Under the pieces are notes generated by a model, which did no database searches, was not told the DNA's origin, and saw only the letters and a program-made list of their open reading frames with translations. The translations under genes were made by a program, and so were the position numbers. Shown one piece after another: positions 1 through 7,506 of a DNA stretch of 64,000 bases (position 1 is its first letter; each line of letters begins with the position of its first letter). Source of the stretch: an uncultured virus (IMG/VR IMGVR_UViG_3300028805_000105) (Duplodnaviria > Heunggongvirae > Uroviricota > Caudoviricetes); IMG/VR virus record IMGVR_UViG_3300028805_000105; one strand, given 5' to 3'.

Positions 1-2
1 AG

Positions 3-116
3 TTGATGTCGAACGCCCTCACCTACGCAAGATTCGTGATGAACGAAATCCAAGCCTACGAGCGCGGCGACTACAAGAGACTGTTCGAGCAGAATCAACC
101 TAATACTAACAATTAA
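3..116 (+). CDS. 3' end of a hypothetical protein (truncated by window start)
   Basis: Open frame LMSNALTYARF...QPNTNN* ends 13 nt before the next ATG. Confidence 0.5.
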   Translation: MMSNALTYARFVMNEIQAYERGDYKRLFEQNQPNTNN

Positions 117-129
117 AAATCACAGACAA

Positions 130-900
130 ATGGGAGAAAATCAGAATCCAATCAATCTTCTGACGCTGCCCCATCAAGGGACGGACTCGGCCACTGCCAT
201 GGCCATGATGAACAACAACCCGTGGATGTACCTGGTGATGCTGGCCTTGTTTGCCAACGGCGGCTTCGGCTTCGGCGGCAACCGCAACGGCAACATCGAG
301 GCCCAGCTTGCCTCGATGCAGAACCAGATCAACGACAACAACAACAACGCCATCGCCCGCGAGGCCGTGCAAGGCAACGGCTTTGCCATCTCGCAACTGG
401 CCCAAAACCTGAACGTGGACGCCAACGCCATCCGTGAGGCCATCGGCACGGTGAACGCCAACATCGTCCGCGTGGGTTCCGACACAGGCATGGGCTTCAT
501 GGGCGTTCAGAACGCCATCAACCTCGGCAACCTGAACATCATCCAACAGCTGAAGGACTGCTGCTGCGCCACGCAGAAACAAATCCTTGAGCAAGGCTAC
601 CAAGGCCGCATCGAGACCATCCAGCAAACCGACGACATCAAGACTGCCATCCGCGTCGAGAACGGACTGACCCGCACAGAGGTCGCCGCCTTCCGTCAGG
701 CTTGGGAGAACGCCCGCTACCAAGACGTGGTTGCCGAGAAGACCCGCCTGCAAACGGAGCTTGACCTGCTGCGCCAAAATGATGCCGCCGCTGCCAGAGA
801 GCAGCGAATCCAGCAACAGCTGAATGCGATGGCCATGCAGATTCAGTTGCTGACCGCTAACTACAAGACTACGCCCGCTTCGGCCAGCGCAGGTGCCTAA
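130..900 (+). CDS. Conserved gut-phage protein with GGFG/Asn-rich N-terminus, CCC motif and coiled coil (unknown function)
   Basis: 256 aa; NNPWMYLVMLALF-ANGGFGFGG, QQLKDCCCATQ; strong codon bias. Confidence 0.75.
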   Translation: MGENQNPINLLTLPHQGTDSATAMAMMNNNPWMYLVMLALFANGGFGFGGNRNGNIEAQLASMQNQINDNNNNAIAREAVQGNGFAISQLAQNLNVDANAIREAIGTVNANIVRVGSDTGMGFMGVQNAINLGNLNIIQQLKDCCCATQKQILEQGYQGRIETIQQTDDIKTAIRVENGLTRTEVAAFRQAWENARYQDVVAEKTRLQTELDLLRQNDAAAAREQRIQQQLNAMAMQIQLLTANYKTTPASASAGA

Positions 901-913
901 ACCAATTATTGTT

Positions 914-952
914 CGGAAGGGTTGGCTTCGCCGCCAGCCTTTCCGACTTTTC
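914..952 (+). terminator. Intrinsic terminator-like hairpin
   Basis: CGGAAGGGTTGGC-ttcgcc-GCCAGCCTTTCCG followed by acttttt. Confidence 0.55.
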
Positions 953-980
953 ATTTACCGAACAATAAAAAAACACAATC

Positions 981-1493
981 ATGACATTCAAGGAATTAAG
1001 ACCGAACAACCCGATCCACCTGCTCGACAAGAGCGACGGGGTGAAATACTGCCAAGGAAAGGTGCTGAATGTGGGACAGCCGCGTTTCGACACCCAGCAG
1101 ATGCCGCAGCCTGGCACCATGCCGTCAATGCCTAATATGGTGGTTGATGTGACCATCGAGGCTAACGGCAAGACCGAGACCTACAAATTCGCCGAGAACG
1201 CGAGCGTGGGTGGTGTGGGCAACATGCTTGTTTCCACCGACATCAACGGCGTTATCCGCGAGATTGACGCTACCATTGCCAAGGATGAGCAATACTTCGC
1301 CGACAAGGAGAAGGTAGAGAAGGAGTACGAACAGTGCAAGAAACTGAAATCGGAGCTTGACCCCGCCTTCAAGGAGAAGCAGGAGACCGAGAGCCGCTTC
1401 CACACCATAGAAAAGCAGCAGGAGGAACAAGGCAAGATGCTAAAGGAGCAAGGCGACATGCTGAAGAAGATTTATGAAAAACTAAACACATAA
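981..1493 (+). CDS. Hypothetical protein, C-terminal coiled coil
   Basis: 170 aa ORF with A-rich leader. Confidence 0.75.
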   Translation: MTFKELRPNNPIHLLDKSDGVKYCQGKVLNVGQPRFDTQQMPQPGTMPSMPNMVVDVTIEANGKTETYKFAENASVGGVGNMLVSTDINGVIREIDATIAKDEQYFADKEKVEKEYEQCKKLKSELDPAFKEKQETESRFHTIEKQQEEQGKMLKEQGDMLKKIYEKLNT

Positions 1494-1497
1494 GACA

Positions 1498-1992
1498 ATG
1501 AAACTTGGAATGACATACAAGGAAATCATCAAGCATTCGCCTAAGGGTGGCGAGGCGAAGATGTGGGACGCGGTGGAGCGCGTGGACTGCCTCATCGAGC
1601 AGTTGAGGAAGGCCGACCCCGACATGGCGCGTGACTTCCTGAAGAAGGAATACGAGGCGATGAACGGCAGGCACATCAACGTGTGGCTTGCCGAGAAGAT
1701 GGTGGACGAGATGTGGCACAAGGACGCGAAGGGCAACACGGTGAAGGGCGAACTGGTTCCCGTGGCCGAGGCATCGCGCCTGCTGCTTGACGGCATGGAC
1801 GAGAGCAAGAAGGAGGAGTGCAAGTGGGATGCCTACGTTGCGGCCAACGCCTTCGCGCACGACCTTGCCAACACTGGACACTCGACCGCCGACATCATGG
1901 TGATTGCCAAGCATTTTTGGTTCCATGACGACGACATGGGCGACAACTGCCACAAGGTGTACTGGTACTTCGAGGACTGGATTTTCGGGTAA
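1498..1992 (+). CDS. Hypothetical phage protein
   Basis: 164 aa, ends FWFHDDD...KVYWYF; tightly coupled to neighbours. Confidence 0.75.
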   Translation: MKLGMTYKEIIKHSPKGGEAKMWDAVERVDCLIEQLRKADPDMARDFLKKEYEAMNGRHINVWLAEKMVDEMWHKDAKGNTVKGELVPVAEASRLLLDGMDESKKEECKWDAYVAANAFAHDLANTGHSTADIMVIAKHFWFHDDDMGDNCHKVYWYFEDWIFG

Positions 1993-2004
1993 AAACGCCT
2001 CGTC

Positions 2005-2277
2005 ATGGCAAAGGCGAAGGACAAACGGATTGATGCGTTCCGCGACGAGGCTATGGGCTTTGTCGCGGAACATTTTTCTGACATGAAGACCGCTTTCGCG
2101 GCCTACATGGAGAAGGGCGAGCACGACAAGGCGGTGACCTTGTACATGAAGCTGGTCGACAAGGTGATACCCTCGTTGCAGACGCAGAGCGCGGAGACCG
2201 AGAAGGGCGAAGGGAAGCCAGCTTGGCAACAGAAGATTGAGAAGACAAAGAGAACCTACGAAAACGACACGAAATGA
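2005..2277 (+). CDS. Small helical protein, possible terminase small subunit-like
   Basis: 90 aa; YMKLVDKVIPSLQ resembles Bacteroidota TerS-like C-termini; function is inference. Confidence 0.4.
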   Translation: MAKAKDKRIDAFRDEAMGFVAEHFSDMKTAFAAYMEKGEHDKAVTLYMKLVDKVIPSLQTQSAETEKGEGKPAWQQKIEKTKRTYENDTK

Positions 2278-2732
2278 CACAGACGCACACTTTGGAAATC
2301 AGCAATGCCGACATCCTGAAACAGGTGGAGGCGCGTACCTTCAAGTTCGGCAAGGCTCGTGACAACGGCACCAACGACAAGCTGGCCAATGTGGTGAAGC
2401 TGACCGACCTCGGCTATGACCGCAGCATCGCCTTGGACAGCATAGAGAAGGCCATAGGCAACATCCGTTCGGCCTTCATAAAGTACAATGGTACAATCAC
2501 GACGGCAGGCAGCGGGGAGTTGAAAAGGACGAGGGTTTCGTTCACGCTTTCGTCGAAATGGCCTGCGGACAACGGCACTGGATTCGACAACGACTGCAAG
2601 GATTATGTCGTCAACCTCGTCATTTCTGACTTTTTAAGCCTCAGTTTGCCGCAGGAAGCCGACCTTTACGGCCAAAAAGCGATGCAGGCGTTGAAGGATG
2701 CCGAACGCAAGTTGTATTACAAGACCGCATAA
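2274..2732 (+). CDS. Head-tail adaptor/ring-like protein, paralog 1
   Basis: Shares W...YVV..VISDF....P.EA..Y...LY.K pattern with the following ORFs. Confidence 0.55.
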   Translation: MTQTHTLEISNADILKQVEARTFKFGKARDNGTNDKLANVVKLTDLGYDRSIALDSIEKAIGNIRSAFIKYNGTITTAGSGELKRTRVSFTLSSKWPADNGTGFDNDCKDYVVNLVISDFLSLSLPQEADLYGQKAMQALKDAERKLYYKTA

Positions 2733-2735
2733 GCC

Positions 2736-3236
2736 ATGTCGCAGCAAGTGACCATAATGATAAAAGAGGCCGATGCCTTGAAGCGTTTCGAGCGCGCCAC
2801 CTTCAAGCAGGGCAGGGCATTGGAACAACCCAATGTGGCGAAGCAGGTGTATAACCTGCAGGCCGACCACGAGGAATCGGCAGACCAAGGGCTGATGCAC
2901 GACTCGTACAACCAATGGCTCGGCGAGGCCGTCAACCAAGTGAGGGAGTACCTCACGGCAGAACCCACCGTGTCGAACACGGACGAGACCACGATTGTCC
3001 TGTTGATGCCGGGCAACTGGGAACACTACGCGCCAAACGCGCCCGGACTGAGATACGCCATGCTGGAACTGATTCAGAACGGCATGTTGGCAGACTGGTA
3101 CGACGAGACGAAGCCCGATTCTGCCAAGAGCTTCAGGCAGAAGGCTGAGCTGAACAAGGCGCAGATACGCAGCATCATCTATTCACTTAAACCGCCCACC
3201 GTGACCGTGACGAGCGAGGCAGGGGAGTTTGTTTAG
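2736..3236 (+). CDS. Adaptor/ring-like protein, paralog 2
   Basis: LMPGNW...GMLADWY...P...IYSLKPP. Confidence 0.55.
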   Translation: MSQQVTIMIKEADALKRFERATFKQGRALEQPNVAKQVYNLQADHEESADQGLMHDSYNQWLGEAVNQVREYLTAEPTVSNTDETTIVLLMPGNWEHYAPNAPGLRYAMLELIQNGMLADWYDETKPDSAKSFRQKAELNKAQIRSIIYSLKPPTVTVTSEAGEFV

Positions 3237-3306
3237 TTTAGAGTTTAGAGTTTAGAGTTTAGAGTTTAGAGTTTAGAGTTTAGAGTTTAGAGTTTAGAGT
3301 TTAGAG
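3237..3306. repeat. Perfect heptamer tandem repeat (TTTAGAG)x10
   Basis: Fills the intergenic gap from the TAG at 3236 to 2 nt before the ATG at 3309. Confidence 0.97.
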
Positions 3307-3308
3307 AT

Positions 3309-3767
3309 ATGCAGACCGTTGTCATCACCATATTAAAGGACACCATAGCCACTTCGATGGAAACATTGCTGTGGAAATACGGATCATCCATCGAGAACGC
3401 GGAAAACTTCAAGCTGGTGTATAACACCAAGTCGTCGAAGGCCACCAACGCCGTGGATGCCCGCGTGATTGATGATTCATGGGAGGCGAGGACACAGGAG
3501 GCCATCGACTTCCTGAGCGACTTCGCCCCAGACGTGAGCCAAACGGCAGGCTCGAAGGTGGTAACGCTTTTGATGTCGGCCCGCTGGGGAGGCAGCCAAA
3601 CGACGCTGAAGGCCGCGATGGAGAAGTATATCCTCGACGCCATGATGCACGACTGGCTGACCGCCACGGCACCCAACGAGGCCCCGATGTACGGCAACCG
3701 CCTTGCAGAGGACGAGAAGAAGATAAGAAAGAACGTCTATTCGCTGAGAAAACCCGCAGTCTCATAA
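3309..3767 (+). CDS. Adaptor/ring-like protein, paralog 3
   Basis: LMSARW...YILDAMMHDWL...PNEAPMY...VYSLRKP. Confidence 0.55.
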   Translation: MQTVVITILKDTIATSMETLLWKYGSSIENAENFKLVYNTKSSKATNAVDARVIDDSWEARTQEAIDFLSDFAPDVSQTAGSKVVTLLMSARWGGSQTTLKAAMEKYILDAMMHDWLTATAPNEAPMYGNRLAEDEKKIRKNVYSLRKPAVS

Positions 3768-3779
3768 GGAGGAACGCAG

Positions 3780-4229
3780 ATGAACCAAAGTATTGTCATA
3801 TCGAAATCAGGGGTCAAGACCGAATTTGAAGTGCTGGTATTCAAGTATGCCAACGCCATAGAGGGCGCGGACAACGCCAAGGCTGTGCGTAACGTGAAAT
3901 CGGACAGGATAGACGATGCCGCCGACGCGCTGTTGGTGGACAACAACTTCGACAAACGCCTGAAAGAGGTGGCCGGCCTGATGCACGACTTCGGTGCCAC
4001 CATCAGCACCTCGGGCGACAACGTGACCGTCGCGTTCGTCGTCACCAGCCGTTGGGCAGGCAACACGGACACCTTGCTTTCGACGGCAAAGGCCTATATC
4101 CTTGACGGTATGCTGGCCGACTGGTACAACGCAAGCGCGCCCACCGAGGCGGCGATATACATAACGAGGCTTCAGACAGATGTCACAAACCTCATGAATG
4201 AACTATACAAGAAAGGGACACCGCAATGA
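3780..4229 (+). CDS. Adaptor/ring-like protein, paralog 4
   Basis: VTSRW...YILDGMLADWY...PTEAAIY...LYKKGTP. Confidence 0.55.
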   Translation: MNQSIVISKSGVKTEFEVLVFKYANAIEGADNAKAVRNVKSDRIDDAADALLVDNNFDKRLKEVAGLMHDFGATISTSGDNVTVAFVVTSRWAGNTDTLLSTAKAYILDGMLADWYNASAPTEAAIYITRLQTDVTNLMNELYKKGTPQ

Positions 4230-4738
4230 GCAACTTTTTCCGCAGACCCGTACCGATAGAGTTTGACATAACGATTGGGCGCGACGCCATCGTCGGGACT
4301 GTCGTAAGCACCTTGAACAAGATGGCAGAGGCGCGTTTCGACGGGCAGAACACCCAGTATGTGAACAACATGCAGCCTGAGATTGACTTTGAGCAGGACA
4401 GGAACCTTGTCTATGAGTATTATAACGAGGCTATCGGGAACATCACGCGGCGCATCGAGCCGTATGTAAGCGGTTGCGAGGACATCACGGAGGGTACTAT
4501 TGGCAACGTGTTCCATCTTTCGATGCCCGAGAACTGGAGAAACACCCTGCAACAGTCGCTAAAGACGAAGATGGAGAATTACATTGTGCATTACATCATT
4601 TGCCAATGGCTGGAGAAGGTGAGCGTGAGCGACACGGAATACACGACGGCCAAGGCCAACAAGTTGCTTGGGGAAATCAAGTGGACTTGCGAGCTGAGGA
4701 AGGGCGTGGTACATAGAATTTGGAACGGAACCTATTAA
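4226..4738 (+). CDS. Adaptor/ring-like protein, paralog 5
   Basis: LSMPENW...MENYIVHYIICQWL. Confidence 0.5.
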   Translation: MSNFFRRPVPIEFDITIGRDAIVGTVVSTLNKMAEARFDGQNTQYVNNMQPEIDFEQDRNLVYEYYNEAIGNITRRIEPYVSGCEDITEGTIGNVFHLSMPENWRNTLQQSLKTKMENYIVHYIICQWLEKVSVSDTEYTTAKANKLLGEIKWTCELRKGVVHRIWNGTY

Positions 4739-4755
4739 AAATAAAGGAGATAATC

Positions 4756-5088
4756 ATGAAGAAAATTGCAATCTGGCTCAACGAGCACGCCGTTTGCCTC
4801 GGCGACACAATCAAGGCCAACGTGGTGCATCTGTGGTGCATCCTTATCTCAACCATCCTCGTTACGGTCTTTGCCGCCCTCGGATGGAAAGGCGACGCCA
4901 TGTATTACCTGCTGATGGTGCTGCTACTTGGCAGCTTCGTTCTGCTTCCTGTCATCGAGGCAATCCGTGCACTTGTGAAGCACGACAAGTGGACGCCTTG
5001 GTATTGGTTTCCGATTACAATCGGCAACGCCATCGGTACTGGCATCGCTTTACTGATTAGCATTATCTTCGGCTGGGCGACGCTATGA
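4756..5088 (+). CDS. Membrane protein (about 3 TM)
   Basis: Hydrophobic stretches; ATG at 4756 follows an aaggag/A-rich leader. Confidence 0.65.
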   Translation: MKKIAIWLNEHAVCLGDTIKANVVHLWCILISTILVTVFAALGWKGDAMYYLLMVLLLGSFVLLPVIEAIRALVKHDKWTPWYWFPITIGNAIGTGIALLISIIFGWATL

Positions 5089-5354
5089 AACGGCTGAAAC
5101 AATGGCTTTACAGCATCAAGGCTGACAAGCTTCTGCATTTCATTTGCGGCATGGTCATAGCGCAGGTGGCCTACGGGCTGCTTGCGCTACGGTGCATCCC
5201 GCTTGTGTCGTGGTTTCTCGGCCTTGCCGCTGCCGCCGTGGCCGCGTTGTCGAAGGAGTGGTGGGACTATGGCCACCAAGGCGTTCCGTCATGGAAAGAC
5301 CTCGTTGCCACGTTGATAGGTGCCGTTGTGGGATTGTTGATAATGCTTATCTGA
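5085..5354 (+). CDS. Small membrane protein (DKxxHF...KExxD...D motif; VanZ/YfiM-like)
   Basis: ADKLLHFICG, SKEWWDY, WKDLVATLIG. Confidence 0.6.
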   Translation: MKRLKQWLYSIKADKLLHFICGMVIAQVAYGLLALRCIPLVSWFLGLAAAAVAALSKEWWDYGHQGVPSWKDLVATLIGAVVGLLIMLI

Positions 5355-5375
5355 AAAGACATAATTTGAAGAGAT

Positions 5376-7451
5376 ATGGCTACGAAAACCAAATATATAA
5401 GGAAGTCGGCGGTGATGCCGAAGAAAGGCAACAAGCCGAAGTTTGACAGCGTTGCAGAACGGAGGAAGCAGACGGACGACACGCATCGAGACCCCGACTT
5501 GCTGCATAGGATGGAGACTGCATGGGAAAACGACCGCCCTGTGCATGAGGAAGGCGAACGTTGCCACCGTTTTGTGTATGGCGACCAATGGGGAGATTTG
5601 ACCTACTACGATGGCGAGTGGATGACCGAAAGGGCGTACCTTATCAAGCGTGGCAAGGTTCCGTTGACCAACAACGTGACACGCAGACTGATTACCGCAG
5701 TGAAGGGAAACTACCTTGGTCAGAAGTCGGAGCCGCGTTGTCTTCCGTTCAACAGCGAGAGTGCGCCGGGTGCGGAAATGCTTTCAAGAGCCTTGACCAC
5801 CAACTGGCGCAGACGCTACAACTCCATGAGTACGCAGCTTTCCAATGCCGTCGAGAACTTCCTTATCAGAGGCATTGCCGTTATGGGAGAATCGTATGAG
5901 CGCACATCGAGCGGAAGATACGACAGCAAGACCAAGCTCTACGACCCTCGTAAGGTAGCCATTGAATGCACCATGAACGACCCGTTGATGGAGGACATCA
6001 GCCTTATCGGCATCATCCATGACGTGAAACCGTTGGATTTCCTTGCCAAGTTCGGCATCCGCATCGGACCAAAAACAATGCGCGACATCAAGGAAGAGTA
6101 TGGCAACCATGCCTACGAGCACATGCGCGAGAACCAAATCGACAACAACGAGCGCAACCGCCTCGAATACCTCGACTTCTACGCCAACAACGACCCGACC
6201 CGCTGGCGTTTCTACGAGATTTGGACGAAGGAAATCAAGACGATGTGGCTTTGCTACGACCCTGCCCGACTGAACGACCCGTTCAAGGTGGAGAGCGTTG
6301 ACAAGTTCCGTCTTGACGAATACGATGGCCTTACGGTGCTGCAAGAGAACGAGCGCAGACGGAAGGAGGCAATCGAGCTTGGCATCCCGGATGATGAAGT
6401 GGTTTACATCGACTATGGACAATACGGCAAGGATGGCATGTTTGACGGAACGGGTGAGTTCATCGATACCTACTGGTACGTGAAGTTCCTCACCCCTCAT
6501 GCCACCGTCATTGATGAATATGTGTCGCCTTATGAGTGCGGTTGTCCCATCACCGTGGCCAAATATCCCTATGTGAACGGAGAAGTACATAGCTACATCG
6601 CGGATGTCATTCCCCAGCAGAAGTACATCAACCGACTTGTGACCTTGAACGACATCGCCATCCGTGCCACCGCAAAAGGTGCGTTGCTCATGGACAAGCA
6701 ATCCCTTGAGGAAAACGACGAGCAGACGCAGGAGGAGATTCGCCAGCAATGGAGCGACCCGGACGGTGTGGTGTTTTGGGACAGCTCGTTGGGAGGCCAG
6801 CCGCCAAAGCAGGTGTCGAACACCTCTACCAACGTGGGTATCGACACCGCCCTTTCGATGCAGTTGGGTTTGATGGAGGATATTTCGGGCGTTCACGGCG
6901 CGGCACAAGGCAAGGACGCCCTTTCGGGACAGTCGGGTTCGCTGTACGCCCAGCAGGCGGCCAACTCGAACACCATGCTCCGTGCCGTCTTGGAGGCTTT
7001 CAGCGAGTTCACCAAGCGCGTGGCCTATACGAAGCTCTCCATCATCAACCAGTACTGGGAGGATGGCAGACCCATCAACACCTATGGTTCGTCGTATGGC
7101 GAGGTCAGACGCTTCGACCGTCGCTTGCTTGAGGACTTGGATTATGAAGTCACCATCATCAACAGCGACGACATGGAGACCGCAGCCACGGTGAGCAACC
7201 AAGTGGCCCTGCAAATCTTCGAGAAGGGCGCGATAGATGCACAGGCATTGTTGCAGGTTGGCAACTGGCCGCAGCAGTTCAAGGAGAAGGCCCTGAAGGT
7301 GATAGCCGAGCAGAAAGCCGCCATGATGCAACAACAGGCCGACGCACAGCAGCTGGCGGCGTTGCAGCAGGGATTGCCGCAGCAGCAGGCGCAGACACTT
7401 GGCAACGGACTGATGAACGGATTGATGAACCCGATGAAACAAGCAGCGTAA
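5376..7451 (+). CDS. Portal protein (P22-like)
   Basis: 691 aa; FVYGDQW, PLTNN, IADVIPQQKYINR, EDISGV...QG...SG, Gln-rich tail. Confidence 0.88.
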   Translation: MATKTKYIRKSAVMPKKGNKPKFDSVAERRKQTDDTHRDPDLLHRMETAWENDRPVHEEGERCHRFVYGDQWGDLTYYDGEWMTERAYLIKRGKVPLTNNVTRRLITAVKGNYLGQKSEPRCLPFNSESAPGAEMLSRALTTNWRRRYNSMSTQLSNAVENFLIRGIAVMGESYERTSSGRYDSKTKLYDPRKVAIECTMNDPLMEDISLIGIIHDVKPLDFLAKFGIRIGPKTMRDIKEEYGNHAYEHMRENQIDNNERNRLEYLDFYANNDPTRWRFYEIWTKEIKTMWLCYDPARLNDPFKVESVDKFRLDEYDGLTVLQENERRRKEAIELGIPDDEVVYIDYGQYGKDGMFDGTGEFIDTYWYVKFLTPHATVIDEYVSPYECGCPITVAKYPYVNGEVHSYIADVIPQQKYINRLVTLNDIAIRATAKGALLMDKQSLEENDEQTQEEIRQQWSDPDGVVFWDSSLGGQPPKQVSNTSTNVGIDTALSMQLGLMEDISGVHGAAQGKDALSGQSGSLYAQQAANSNTMLRAVLEAFSEFTKRVAYTKLSIINQYWEDGRPINTYGSSYGEVRRFDRRLLEDLDYEVTIINSDDMETAATVSNQVALQIFEKGAIDAQALLQVGNWPQQFKEKALKVIAEQKAAMMQQQADAQQLAALQQGLPQQQAQTLGNGLMNGLMNPMKQAA

Positions 7452-7481
7452 CTCCCCCTTAATCCCCCTCTGAGAGGGGGA
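7451..7481. repeat. Short palindromic element copy 1 (ACTCCCCC..CCCCCTCTGAGAGGGGGA)
   Basis: Related copies at 15210-15248 and 58654-58682. Confidence 0.75.
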
Positions 7482-7506
7482 AGCAAGAGGAATAAAAGTA
7501 GATTAT

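Noticed and set aside
3237..3306. CRISPR array or telomere-like repeat
   Set aside because: No spacers and no cas genes; internal location, and the unit is not the canonical TTTAGGG
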